A DNA stretch of 64,000 nt from Eledone cirrhosa (Eukaryota): positions 286,874,001-286,938,000 of the forward strand of contig OZ024740.1 in assembly GCA_964016885.1 (NCBI GenBank). The letters run 5' to 3'. Under the pieces are notes generated by a model. That model had not been told where the DNA came from. It was given only the letters and a program-made list of their open reading frames with translations, and did no database searches. The stretch's first letter is position 1. Each line of letters begins with the position of its first letter. Positions 46,719 through 59,737 of the stretch are shown one piece after another. Both the position numbers and the translations under genes were made by a program.

Positions 46719-49700
46719 GTAAATGTGAAGTCAATTGAAATTATAAACATATCATATATAGCTCTTTGTTATCTATTTGTTGCTGAATATATCTCTATAT
46801 TAGTCACAGGGCGTGTCGTTTATTTTTGCTTGTTATTTATATTGTATTAGCAATCACTTTATATAAACTTTATTTTTATACTATAACCATTTTTGAGGTT
46901 CTATTTAGCTATCATATTAATAACATTTAATGTTACTTTACCCCATTTCCTTCTGCATTGATCGATTTCAAAATTTGAATGTCTTTCGATAAACAAACAA
47001 ATGATCTCGCTTATCGCTGAAATGTTCGTTGTTCCCTCAACTTTATTTTATATAGGCAACTATGTATTTGTTCTGTTATGTAAACGATAAATTAGTCATT
47101 CTCATTCACTGAGTAATTTAATATGATTCTATAAAATGTGAATAGGAAGTGTTAGTGTGACATGATCTAAAGAAATATTTTGTTTCGGAGTACTCTTCAT
47201 TGGAGAATTCTCAGTAACATATCTCAGTTCTTTTTTTTTCTCTCGGAATTGCCTTTTGCCGACGCAAGCTACTAAAATTATTTTGGAATAGTAATTACTT
47301 TAAATAATTTTCTACCCAGTTATGCTCTCAGATCAGCTCCACAGAAAGAGATTTAACCCATTTCTGTGTTTTTTTCCCTGAATATTTTCCCCTTATCTTC
47401 ATATTGACAGTTCTTTATATTTTTATACGTCATCTTTTCGTAACGTAAATATTTATCACAATTAGAGTCGACTGAAACAAAAGGAAAATAAAAGCAACAG
47501 CAAAAACTTCGTAACCAAGATGAAAAAACAAACAAACATTTTTATTTGATCATATAATGATAACGTGACAAATCGCAAAATATATTTAATTTAGATTTTT
47601 ACATTATTTACAACCGTCTTTAATAGCTCGGACCTGCTGAGTTTTAATTACTATTCAAAAGAACTGTTATGGAAATCAGCAGGTTGATTTTGTTGTTTTG
47701 TATTGTTTTTTTCTTCTTTTCTTTAAGTCACCTGTCAAACTGTCATTTTATATTTAAATCCTTTTTATTTTCTACGTGTTTCATTTTTTTCCCACTGCTG
47801 TAACATTTCTTTCTAACAAAATTAAATTCGTGTAATGGATATGTATAGTGTGAGTAATGTAGTGATATCGAATTGGTATGTTAATTTTGGTGATACTTTT
47901 AAAATTTATTGCGGAAGCGTAAAATATACTCTTGTACAAAATATTTAGTCAGACCTCTGAAAGTATTTATACACATCAAGATTATTACATTACTAGATTG
48001 TATTGATATTGATGCCATGGATATATTTTATTTATTATTTCGTTCGGGGGTAAAAAAAAGGGATAATTCTCCTAAATCTTCTGTACTAAAGATAGTATGC
48101 TAAGATCGATATTGTTGATGTTTCTTTTCGATGTTCAAGGGAATCCGTAGATATATTGTTAATGTTTAGTTTCGCCGTTGTAGGGAACATGTAGACGAAA
48201 TGAATGTTGAATGGAAGGATTGAATGAAAATGGTGCTTGTTTTAAGCACAAACTTGGGATTATAAGACGTAGTGATGCGAGCTCAATGAATAGTTTAGAT
48301 AAATTTGCTAGACCATTTTAGTACCCGCAGAAGAGCTAGAGAACCCACATGCAGTATCTCGATCTGTTAGAAATAGCAACATAACCTCCCTCAGACCGTA
48401 CCAACTGTCTTTATATAGGAAGAAGACATTGAATAATATAGTTCTGGAATATGAAAATCATTGTCACAGTAGTCTTTGATTATAGTTCTGCTCGACCAAG
48501 GCTGAATTGGGGCATAAACAACAGAGAAAACAGTGCATCAGTGGGCAATTGATTGTATAGCAATGTTTTAATGTCTAGTGGGTGTAATTTTTAATGCAGT
48601 TTAGATTGCGTATTAGTAGTTGAATAATCTCAAACACAGTAATAATCTTTTCATGCAGAATATAGCTATGTCTTGTAGAATATCTGAACCTACTCTGGTC
48701 TGAATTATTTTCCAGCCCTGAAGAGGATAAATTACATAAGTATAGACAAGTTAGTTTATACAGTACTAAACAATTATCAATAGGTCATTGGTTCATATCC
48801 CACAGTGTCCATGAAGAAGCAATCCAAATAATTGAGTTCACTTAAACTTATGTAGCTACTGTGGAGGTGGAGTGGTATAATTCATCACTGTGAAATTGAG
48901 AAATTTAACTTTCAGTGTCAAGCCTGATTTCTTCTATCAAATAAAGATTTCTGTAATAGACCAGGAGGATATTTAATTCTGATTAGCTTTTTCTTCTTTG
49001 CTCACTTATTCCTGGGAGGGTCATGGAGGCAGAGTCCTCAAGCATGCCTTCCAGTGGATCCTGTCAGAAGCAACTGTGTCCAATTGATTCGACGGGATCT
49101 CCGAATGAGACCAGTCAAGCTTATAACAGGACACTGGGTTGTATGTACAATATTTATTTACGAAGATTGAGCTGAGTAGAGCTGAATAGCTGACATGCCA
49201 AGAGAGATGAAACAACGAATTAAGGAATTCAGGAGGCACGGTCTACTGGCGAAAATGTTGCCAGGCCGTGGTTAAGTTGTTGTGTTACATGTTGGCTAGT
49301 GATTTCACGACGAAAGAAAGTTAGTTGTTTACCTTTTCACAGTCAGGAAGCGAGAGAGTATACCTTCGGCGGAACGCACCTGGCCGAAGGGCCAGGCAGC
49401 CAAAAGGTGAAAAGAGAGAGAGAGATAGCTTTCACCTCTCTCCTTTATAGTTCCTTGGACGGAAGTCCCAAAGAAGGTTCTGCAACCTCAACGGGAAGTA
49501 ACTCCAGTCACTTCCTGTCTAGAGAGCGCTACAAGACTCCCCTCCCAGACGAGAAGTCGAATGACCAAATGAAATCATTGTAGCGAGAACACGAGGAGAA
49601 AGGCAAAAGGTACAAGAACATGAATGAACAAAACATGAGCAAGCAAATAGCAAAATGAGCATGCAAAAATTAATGAGGTAGCCAAGGTAGCCAACCGCTC

Positions 49701-49723
49701 TTGGTCAGAGAACGACTGGACAT

Positions 49724-50464
49724 CTATCTATCCATCACACAAAGATACAATGTAATCAACCTAAAAGAAGAGGTCAAAGGAGCAAAGAAACGTGCTCGAA
49801 CATAGTTCAAATGTTCAAAAATAAAGTTAACAGGTATGTAAGCACATGACAGCAGGAAAGAGAGAGTGTCCCCAAGAGAATGTGTGCAGGTGGTTTCTGG
49901 ACTGTGGTACAACGAGAAATTCCCAACCTCCGAAGGCGGTGGGATTTTCTCACAGGAAGAGTGCTGCAAAAATAAATTCTCTGTGTTTTCTGCTGGTTTT
50001 AGTTGTTGACAAAGCAATGATGAAGCTGTGTTGTTGTTGTCTCGCGGAGTGAGATAGCCTATCCGATGTTGTTTCAATTCACAGTAAAAAGTTTCCCAGA
50101 AAAAATGAGTTGCGCAAAGTGCTAGAAATAACAGCCAAAGTTGATGGTCATGTTGAGAATGAGTTGACCTGGATGGGTCAAGAGGCCAGCGACCATAGAA
50201 ATAAGCATTCTGAATAAATGCACAGTTTTCAACGGCAAATTTACGTGGTAAATTTTTAAACCGGCAAATATGAGAATATAGCTTAAGGCTGGAGAATCCT
50301 TGGCAAGACACATTATCTATGGCGTGTGTTATCTCAGTGAGTCGAGATGTGTGCTCCCACACACGTGCCGAAACAAGGTTAAAGTCAAAAAAAATAAAAA
50401 AAATATTTCTTTTGCGCGAGAAAATGGCGCGAAAATGATAGTTGAACAGGTCGTTGGCAGCCAT
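49724..50464 (-). CDS. Hypothetical 246-aa ORF inside the LTR element
   Basis: ATG-initiated, on the element's sense strand; no gag, pol or env motif recognised. Confidence 0.3.
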   Translation of the reverse strand: MAANDLFNYHFRAIFSRKRNIFFIFFDFNLVSARVWEHTSRLTEITHAIDNVSCQGFSSLKLYSHICRFKNLPRKFAVENCAFIQNAYFYGRWPLDPSRSTHSQHDHQLWLLFLALCATHFFWETFYCELKQHRIGYLTPRDNNNTASSLLCQQLKPAENTENLFLQHSSCEKIPPPSEVGNFSLYHSPETTCTHSLGDTLSFLLSCAYIPVNFIFEHLNYVRARFFAPLTSSFRLITLYLCVMDR

Positions 50465-50879
50465 TTTGAAAAATTTGTGTGTGAACGTGATATGATGAAA
50501 AAGAAGGAAAGGCTATATTCACTTTGTATAACAAATATGGCGAGAGTTTAATTTTTTCGTGAAAGTGATGCAAAAGTAGCGAAAAAGGCTTAGTTGAATG
50601 AGTAAACGAGCTGTCATGTTCATCAAAATTGACATGTTGAATATAAGAAAGAATACAGGAGTTCAAGTCTTTTTTTGAGTATTTATTGTGAGAAGAACGA
50701 AGGATATATCCAGTGAGTGAAACACATTTAAATGATGTAAGCACATGAGGTGAAGAGCAAAATTTTCTTGTTTGTTTGCTGCCAAGAAAAAGATTACTTC
50801 TATTTTTCATTGTAGACAGTTTCGGAGAAAAAAATCCATGTGGAATGTTAGAGGAATTTTTTCTTTTTTTCATATTCAC
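50385..50879 (-). CDS. Hypothetical 164-aa ORF inside the LTR element, directly after the PBS
   Basis: Sense-strand ORF overlapping the 246-aa ORF by 80 nt; no recognisable domain. Confidence 0.2.
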   Translation of the reverse strand: MNMKKRKNSSNIPHGFFSPKLSTMKNRSNLFLGSKQTRKFCSSPHVLTSFKCVSLTGYILRSSHNKYSKKDLNSCILSYIQHVNFDEHDSSFTHSTKPFSLLLHHFHEKIKLSPYLLYKVNIAFPSFSSYHVHTQIFQNGCQRPVQLSFSRHFLAQKKYFFYFF

Positions 50880-52283
50880 ACAACACCAGATCCTATTATT
50901 TTTTTCTCGGGGTCACCAATTATAACAGGACACTGGGTTGTATGTACAATATTTATTTACGAAGATTGAGCTGAGTAGAGCTGAATAGCTGACATGCCAA
51001 GAGAGATGAAACAACGAATTAAGGAATTCAGGAGGCATGGTCTACTGGCAGAAATGTTGCCAGGCCGTGGTTAAGTTTTGTGTTACATGTTGGCTAGTGA
51101 TTTCACGACGAAAGAAAGTTACTTGTTTACCTTTTCACGGTCAGGAAGCGAGAGAGTATACCTTCAGCGGAACGCGCCTGGCTGAAGGGCCAGGCAGCCA
51201 AAAGGTGAAAAGAGAAAGAGATAGCTTTCATCTCTCTCCTTTATAGTTACCTGGACGGAAGTCCCAAAGAAGGTTCTGCAACCTCAACGGGAAGTAACTC
51301 CAGCCACTTCCTGTCTAGAGAGCGCTACAAGCTTATAGATGTATTCCAACCATCTTGCTCTGGGTTTCCTGCTGGTTGGTTAATGCAAAAATGGAAGATA
51401 AGCATTTGTTTTATAGTCCTCTGTGATTTAGAAAAGGGTTAGCATTTAAAGAACAAATATATCTTACTTGATTCATTAGTAGTCAAGGTAGTGTAAATTA
51501 ATTTGATATCTAGAATAACTAAAAAGTTGTAAATCAAAAAAGGAGAAAGTGAGAGATGTTAATGAATGTTTTCAATTTTAACAAATCAAAAGATTAAATT
51601 ATAAATTATTTTTCTCAGGTGTCTGGTTCTTTGCAGTAAACTACAATTCCAGAATTCATCTTTGTTAATATCAAAGTTGATTTACTTTCAAGTGAAAGTT
51701 ATCTTTTTATGCACAGTGAATAATATTAGGGTTTGGTTTTTACCTTAACTCTTTTGTAACCTTATTTCTAATGAAAGATGCTGTACATAATTTTCAATTA
51801 ATTTTGAAAATAATCAAGAATTTGAAGGGACTTGGTATTATAACTAATTTTTTCATTATTAAGCTGGTGGTTGGAATATAGATTAACAGCTTTTTACAGA
51901 AAATTATGATGGAAAGCTTTTTAAATAAACACAAACCTGGGGTGGTTTGGTGCCAAAAGGATTAATCAGAATGTAAATCTTAAAATCTCTTGATAGGTGA
52001 AGTTCTTTTTCTCTCTAACATTAGGACACCTTTAAAAAGATTTTTCTTTTGTTTCCTTCAAACTCTATTCATTGCAGATAAATTTTCAATTACAATTTGA
52101 TTAATATATCAATTTTAAAGTTATGTTTTGTGAGTCAATGAATATGTAAGATTCATAGAGCATTGTAGTCTATTTTTATTTATTTAATATGCCCAAGAAA
52201 ATAATTGTATATCTACATTCCTGCTTCAGATATTCTTATTTTTTTCCATTATTTAATAATTATATTAATATTTAATTTTTTAG

Positions 52284-52395
52284 AAAGCCATAGAGCTTGT
52301 AACTAAAGCCACCGAGGAAGATAAAAAGAAGAATTACGAAGAAGCATTAAGATTATATGAACATTCAGTAGAATATTTTCTGCATGCTATTAAAT
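52284..52395 (+). CDS. VPS4: VPS4 coding exon 2 (MIT domain)
   Basis: tttttag|AAA...AAAT|gtgagt. [37 protein letters not shown]. Confidence 0.95.
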
Positions 52396-52494
52396 GTGAG
52401 TATTCCATAATATAAACAAGTTTAGGTAATGCTTTTCTTTTTTTCAGTTTCACTTTCATCAAGAATGCTTTGTCAAGATCTATTTGCAACCTTT

Positions 52495-53010
52495 CCTGAC
52501 ATATAAAGAAATATTGGAAGCTGTTTCAAACGGATTGCGAAAGTATGGCACACTCACTGACACTGATTATAAAAGTGTCACAAAAATGCTACTGAGCAGA
52601 TACTGAATGAAGAGAAGGCTAACTGCTGTATAGTTAAAAGAGTTATTAAGGACTTGAAGTAAAAGAAAGCAGCAGAACCATTGGGTACAGTCACTGAAAT
52701 GTTGAAAATATCTGATGGAGTAGGACACACATTCATTACTTGCATATGTCAGTTAGGTAGTGCAAGGGAAGTGTTATCTCCAATGACTGACATAACAACA
52801 ACATTATCAACTGCTACAGAGGTAAAAGAGATGCTTTAAAAAGGAGCATTTGCAGAAGTATCAATTGATGCACCAAATCATAAAAGTGTCACTGAGAATT
52901 ATAGCACAGCTTATTAGAATGAGAATTAGCTTAGATGACATGTAGTTTGGGTTTGTGCTAGGATGGGGAACTAATGATGCCTGCTTTTTAATAAGACAAC
53001 TACAGTAGAA
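52495..53010 (+). pseudogene. Decayed RTE RT fragment
   Basis: Homologous to ~2200-2700 of the intact RTE (AEMLK..G.VG, IINCY.GK.DAL, FGFV.G.GT.DA). Confidence 0.7.
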
Positions 53011-53928
53011 GAATGTCAAGCTATTAATGACAAAATAAAACAGAGCCTACTGCTATACTTTATATGTACAAAATGCATAGGTAGAAACTATACAATGTAA
53101 ATCATGTAATGCATATGAAGGATTTATGGTTGAATGAAGAATTACTAAGTCATCCAAGCAAGAGGGAACCTGTTGAAGAGGAAGACCAAGGTTTTCCTCT
53201 TCCACGGTAAGAAGCGGTGAAGGCTTATCTCAGGATGTTGAACCTTATAAAGGACATCCAATAATTGACAATACACTGTGCTAAATAGATATGCCCTACC
53301 CATGCTAGCATGGAAAAACTGACATAGAATTATGATGATGATGGAACAATGTCTAGATTTCAACTTCATTGTGTATATATTTTAAAAAAACTTTATTAAT
53401 GTAGGAAGAATTACAAGATTGGAATAAATTGACTATTTTTTAACCCTTTTGTTACCAACCTGGCCAAAACCAGTTCTGGTTATATGAAATAAGCCATCCT
53501 TTTTAAAAGTTTCCAATTTAAATTAAAATCTTCGGCAATTTTATTTAAGAACCTTAAATTAACCCTTTCACAACTGTATTTCTAATTAAATACACTTTAT
53601 TTTAATTAATTATTGAAGACTTTTGATGGATTTACTAATGAGCTCAGAGTTGGTCTCACTTGGGGATCGAGCCGGATCAGTTGGAAATGGTTGCTTCTGA
53701 CAGAACTCGCTGGAAGGGGTTTTTGAGGACTCTGCCCCCACAACCACTCTCAGGAATAAGTGGGCAAAGAAGAGAAGATATCTTAAGCCAAAATATACAA
53801 ATAGTAGAATATGACTGAATGTTTATCTAGTTTACCATACTCCTGTTTAGAGCTCAAAACTTGCTGGAGCTAGCAAGAAGAAATACTTTGATCTTTAGTA
53901 ATTTATAAATTGCATTATTTTTTTACAG

Positions 53929-54094
53929 ATGAAGCCCAAAGTGATAAAGCAAAGGAAAGTATTCGTGCTAAATGTGCACAGTACTTAGACAGAGCTGAAA
54001 AGCTAAAAATATATCTAAAAAAGAAAAAGAAGCAGCCTGTTAAAGATGGGGAATCCAAATCACATTTTGGTAAAGATGGTGAGTCTAGCAAAAA
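53929..54094 (+). CDS. VPS4: VPS4 coding exon 3
   Basis: tttacag|AT...AAAA|gtaagt. (Y)[54 protein letters not shown]. Confidence 0.95.
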
Positions 54095-55703
54095 GTAAGT
54101 GAATTTTTGTTAAAAAATATTTAATTAATTTTTAAATCATAATAAACAGTTGAGATATTCACTGGAATAAATTTTAATGAAATTGTCTTTAGATTTCTTT
54201 CCTGTATCTTAAATTGAAATTTAAAGTGTTATTACCGTATTTTCTGCGTCCTATATACTCAGAGTATGAAGATTATTTATTTGGTTTCTTGATTAATGCT
54301 AAGCACAGGCCATTTTGTACAAAAAAAACCTTACTATATATACATTATTTGTATACTGTGTATACTTTTATATCATCCTTTAATTTTTTTAACATTCCAA
54401 TTTCTGTGTAAACTCTCGTACTTCATGTAACCTGTTTTGTAATGTCCCTGTGGCAAGAAATTATTATTGTTATTTATCATTATCTTTATAAGACATTATT
54501 GATTCGATAGCACAACTTAAACAGTTGAATCTCCACACATTTTATACAATAATCACCAAATAAAATACACAATTCACATAAAATATACTCTACATGATTA
54601 ATACCCAATAGAATAACAACACATATAACCTATATTTGACACTGTAATACAAATAGCTCACACAACCAACATTCTCAACAGTTATAATACATTAATACAC
54701 ATAACACCAATTGCACAACACATACAGTACATATTCAGCACCCAACAAAATAACACAACTCACATTACACATACTCTACACAACAGTACAAACACTAAAG
54801 TAACACCAGAAATACTTAGCTAAATCCTATAATAAAACAATACTTTTCAGTACATCTTTAAGACTCTGTTCCCTCCTATTCCCTTATAAAATTACACATA
54901 ATGCAACATACACTCCAGGAACATGAAGGTGCACTTGGTGATGCAGTAGAAACCTGTGTGAAACTGTCAAAGAAATAAATGATAATATATGTATACTATA
55001 CATAAGCCATGTATAAGTATAGTTATATATTTAAATAGACATGCATAGTTTAGTTTATCTAAATATTTAATTAATACTAATATTGATATCTTTCTTTAAA
55101 AAAATCATAGCTATTTACATCCTAATTCATTAAAAAAAAAGAATTATAAATAGGTAATAGATGTAGGTGAACATTTTTGTAAATATACAGTAATTGCTGT
55201 TTAACTGGCTGCAAAATAACTTTTAAAATAAACAATATTATTTTTTAAATACCAGGTTCAATAAAAATCTTATAAATTCTATAACTTTTTTTCTTCAAAA
55301 TAAGGGATATCTTATAACCTGAAAAATACTTTAATTTTCTGTTGTTAACTTCACTATATGATTATATTCCCCTATATAATTACCTACTACGTGCAGGTAA
55401 GAAATTAACCTGTGCATCAGAAGGTATAACTTGTCCCATATTGTTTATTTCTTTTTGCTTTAACATTCCTTCCTATTGTGATCCTTCAGTTGGACCTATT
55501 TATAGCAAAATATAATCTTGCTTTTAATATTTATGTGCATTCTTTTTGTATTATGAGGATAGTTTTGTCAAGTCAGATATTTCAAAAAGTATTTTATAAA
55601 TGAATACTCTCTCTAATGGCCAGCGCAAAGTTTGTTTGCTCGTAATGGCTGAATCATGTTCTTATACTTTTATGTATTAGATTATTTTCTTCTAATTAGA
55701 TAT

Positions 55704-55800
55704 AATTGTTTCTACTTTTGGCACAAGGCCAACAATTACCCAGTACATTACTAGTACTTTATTTTATCGACCCCGTATGGATGAAAGGCAAAGTTAACCA
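55704..55800 (-). mobile_element. 5'-truncated tRNA SINE
   Basis: aattgtttctacttttggcacaaggcc...atcgaccccgtatggatgaaaggcaaagttaacc. Confidence 0.8.
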
Positions 55801-56577
55801 GCAAAAGAATGTATTTTAATGCAATTTGCTTTCTAAAGCAGAGGTTAGCCTTTGAAAACTATTATAGGCTTCATATTCATCATAGGATGTTTTATGACCA
55901 GATAATACTTCTGGTACCAGTCCTTTTAGTCACCTCTTATGACACACAGTTACACTCACAGCACTAAATATAGTATTATATAGTTCTCATTTAAAATAAG
56001 ATTTTTAACATAATTAAATTTTAAAAAAAATTACTTTCTCTGATGCTATTGTAGTATCTATATTTCTTATGATTTAACTATAATGTATAGCACTGCTGAT
56101 GTTAGAATATTTTGAAAAACTAATATTCAGAATGCAAAACAACAAATAGAACTATGATTTAAAAATGAGTGCCTCTGCATGGTTGCTAGAAAAAGCAACA
56201 TAATCTTAAATTTCACCATACCATTTTGAAAAGAGGAAGGACACTTTGGATAATGTAGCTTAAGTTACACTATGTATAAAAACAAGACAGGATGGTTACA
56301 GCTAAAACACCTTTGAACATAGGTTTGTTTAGTCAAAGCTGACATTTGTTTACAACAACTAGCTTATTAAAACAGAATATTGTCATATGAGAAATTTTCT
56401 TTTAGAAGAAGTAAAGAAAATCTTTTTCTTCCTGATTTATTTTATTTATCTTACTTATTAATGAAATTTTACTTTGATATTTTTTCATACTTTTTGATGT
56501 ATTTATAACTAAACATGAAATAATTCCATTTGTAGTATTTAATACTACCATGAGTATATATTTTTTTCTTTTCATAG

Positions 56578-56663
56578 ATCAGGTAAAGATGATAAAGATT
56601 CCTCAAGTGATTCTGATTCTGAGAAAGATCCCGACAAGAAGAAATTTGAGAATGCTCTTTCAG
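56578..56663 (+). CDS. VPS4: VPS4 coding exon 4 (linker)
   Basis: ttcatag|A...TCAG|gtgagt, phase 2 in. (K)SGKDDKDSSSDSDSEKDPDKKKFENALS. Confidence 0.9.
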
Positions 56664-57014
56664 GTGAGTTAATTTGAATGTTTTAATGATTTCATTTCTA
56701 TCTAACTATTTGAAACTTTAATCCCTTCCACATTGGAAGTTAATTCTATTATATATTAAATTGTGCATTAAGCAAATGAAAGATATTAAAAATGCATATC
56801 TATACAAACAGTACCATTTTTTTTTTTGTTTATCTACCAAAGTAAGCACTAGAATTATCAAATTGTGTCCAGTTCTCTAGTATCTGATGGGTATATAAAG
56901 TCTTTGGTTCCATATTTCTTTGTGGATTGTGAAAGATGTAGACAGTTTCTTATGATGATCTCAACAAAGATCAAAACTTGAGTCAAGCTGTTCTTTTTTA
57001 TAATCTACAGATAT

Positions 57015-57937
57015 ATCATCATCATATGTCCGCTTTTCCCTGCTTGCAAGGGTGGGACGGGTTCTATTCAGCACAGCATCTCTCTACTTGTCACGGTCCT
57101 TCGTTATCTCCACCGTGAACTTCAGCGATCTGAGGTCTGCTCTCACCACCTCCACCCATGTTTTTCGTGGTCTTCCTCTACTATGTCTTCCTTCAACTGG
57201 CATTTCTTGGCACTTCTTCACCCATCGATCATCCTCCATGCGCATCACATGTCCATACCATTGCAGTCTCTTCTCCCGCACATTTCAATTTATCCCTCTC
57301 AGACACAGTTTCTCTCTCAACACATCCATACTCGGTCGTTCACGCACATTGACATTGCACATCCAACGGAGCATGCTTGCCTCATTTCTCTCCAGCCGTC
57401 GCATATCCTCTGCAGTTGCTGCCCAAGTCTCACTACCATGCAGAATCGCGCACCTCACACAGGCATCATATAACTGGCGAGAAACCCTTCTTCGTCAGCA
57501 GAGGAAGCAGCTCCCTAAACTTTTTCCAACCTGTCCTTATTCTTATTCTAGATACTATGGCCTCGGAACATCCCCCCTCCCATGCTAATCTGATCTAGGT
57601 ACCGGAAGCTATCAACCACTTCTATAGCACCCACCTGCATTTGAAAAATGTGTCTATCAATGCGACTTCTACTGTTCAATTTCCCTGTACATCTACTGCA
57701 TACGTATTTCTCCCTACCTATTAGTTTGCCTGCTATCCCACTACATCTCTTGTGTACTCAAGATCTGCATTGTGTACATTTTATAGAATTTATGCCAGTT
57801 CCTTTTCTGCATATCGAACATGGCCATTTCCCTGACGGAATCAGAGTTTTGTCCTCTTTTCTACTCAACACTTTTGTCTTAGCTAGGTTGACTCTCAGTC
57901 CTCTTAATTCCAACTGCTGTTTCCATAAGTGGGAACC
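57015..57937 (-). mobile_element. 5'-truncated RTE LINE with (GAT)n tail
   Basis: Frameshifted RT C-terminus (KRLQWYGHVMRMEDDRWVKKC...GRPRKTW), Cys-rich finger, 3' tail cccacccttgcaagcagggaaaagcggac. Confidence 0.88.
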
Positions 57938-58179
57938 ATAATGGCTTATACATACAATTTTAACAAATTTTTCAACACAGTTTATAAATCACATACATAC
58001 ATATATATATACAAATCTCTTTACAAAGTTTTCACAATTGTATAAGCCATTATACACACACATTTAACACAAATTTGGAGATATAAATATGAACACTTAT
58101 CTTAACAAAGTTTTCACAATATACGTGTAGATAAAACATGTTTACATACTTAAATATATAAAATATGTGTTACATACAG

Positions 58180-58220
<41 letters not shown>

Positions 58221-58478
58221 GATAAATGAAACAAACAAAACACAGGAGACAATGTTTACACAGTTATATTAGGTTCACATATATATATATCCTCAATAGA
58301 AATCTCATATTCCACTCCACCATACTTAGCCAACATTAATATTTCAAAATTCCCTTAAATTATTCAAAATTTGTTAAATCAAATTAGAAATAATAAAAAC
58401 AATGTATGCAAACTGTTATTAATTAGTGGTTTTTGATTTTTTTCCTTTTGCATTAATTTATTGATTGATACTTTAAAG

Positions 58479-58598
58479 GTGCCATAATTATGGAGAAACC
58501 ACAGGTTAATTGGGAAGATGTAGCTGGATTAGAGACTGCCAAAGAAGCCTTGAAAGAAGCTGTGATTCTTCCTGTCAAATTCCCACATTTATTCACAG
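58479..58598 (+). CDS. VPS4: VPS4 coding exon 5
   Basis: ttaaag|GT...ACAG|gtaact. [40 protein letters not shown]. Confidence 0.95.
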
Positions 58599-59737
58599 GT
58601 AACTGATTCAATTAAGACAGAAAAATGAAAATTTGACTAGTATCCTATAAATGATTGAAGAACTTATTCATATTGTTCAGTTAGATATCTCTTTAGCAGC
58701 TATAGCTATAATACTCTTGCCTATCATTTCTGTATTTTGATGATTGTGACTTTGTAGAATACATGCTAGCCCACTTCACATTATCTCTGCCAGATTTACA
58801 CAATCCTTTTATCTTGATGATTTCAGAAAAACTTTGAGTTTCTACCTTGGATACAGAAAGAAAAATACAGCACATTTACTATAATTTTTATTGTATATTT
58901 TTAATATTTGTTTATAAAAAAATTACCAGTCCAGTACTAGTGTTGATTCTTCTATATTCCTTTCTCACTGTCTCTCTCTTTCCTTCTCTGGAAGAGATTG
59001 CCTGTGTTCAGATCTGGAGAGGGTATAGGCACCACTAGATTTAAAGTAACCAAGACACACTGTACAGTACCCCTACACCCCTACAACACCATCAGGAGTT
59101 ATGGGTTCATACACACACACACACACATATCATTTAACGTCTATTTTTCCGTGATTGCAAGAGTTAGACAGGTTGTCACTTTATGAGACAAGTCAGATCA
59201 GGTGACTATGTCTTGCTCATACAGATCTGTATTTTGGCTTAGTTTCTTAGGTTGGATACCCTTCCTAATGCCAACCACATTAGTGTAGACTGAGCGCTTT
59301 TTGTCATGTCACCAACATGACCACCTCACAGATGAACTGGCTGCTTTTTCTTGTCACCAACACACACACAGACATGCATACATTATTATATTTATAAGGA
59401 TTTGTTTCTTACTCTGTATTGAAAATCAATTGTATCTTTCCTCTGCTTCATTTATATAGCTAGCAAATGTTTGAATATCTGATTAAATATTATTCCAGCC
59501 AAATGACTCTATACTTTATTATTTCTACACTATGAAAAAACCCGATCACAAATATATATATTTGTGTGAATGTGTATTGTTATAAATTTGAATAGTTTTA
59601 AATGAATGAAAGTTATAGTTGGATGAGCTGGTTATCATTGTCAGCTGATGAACCAATAGCTTGTATCATGTTATTAGCATAACTCTCACTTGTAGTCATA
59701 AATATGACTACAAGTGGTACACCTGAGCACAGTACAC

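Larger units (their letters stand above)
49122..51329 (-). mobile_element. Non-autonomous LTR retrotransposon (Gypsy-like signals) in VPS4 intron 1
   Basis: LTRs 50921-51329 and 49122-49533 (TG...TA, TATA-like ctataaa, AATAAA). 4-bp TSD AGCT (49118-49121, 51330-51333). PBS TGGTGACCCCGA (50907-50918) complementary to the tRNA-Trp 3' end. Purine tract gggaggggag just before the 3' LTR. Confidence 0.9.
48990..51380 (-). mobile_element. RTE-type LINE 3' fragment split by the LTR insertion (48990-49121 and 51330-51380)
   Basis: Removing the LTR element restores RKPRARWLEYIYKLDWSH...LDTVASDRIHWKACLRTLPP. A related tail lies at 53635-53780 (+). Confidence 0.7.

Noticed and set aside
46546-46750. 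Minus-strand 62-aa ORFs
   Set aside because: They overlap the VPS4 first exon and 5' UTR on the opposite strand and have no recognisable homology.
47669-51730. Alternative VPS4 N-termini (MEISR... via 47669-47682 plus 51619-51730, or MDMYS at 47835-47849)
   Set aside because: Phase-compatible but without homology. MTSGGTLQ at 46695 fits the conserved VPS4 start. Would need RNA evidence.
30640-54975. Further hammerhead-like words (ctgaagagg at ~30646 and ~48718, ~46140-46165, ~54935-54970)
   Set aside because: The GAAA half-core or the stems are missing or broken; at most decayed Penelope-type remnants.
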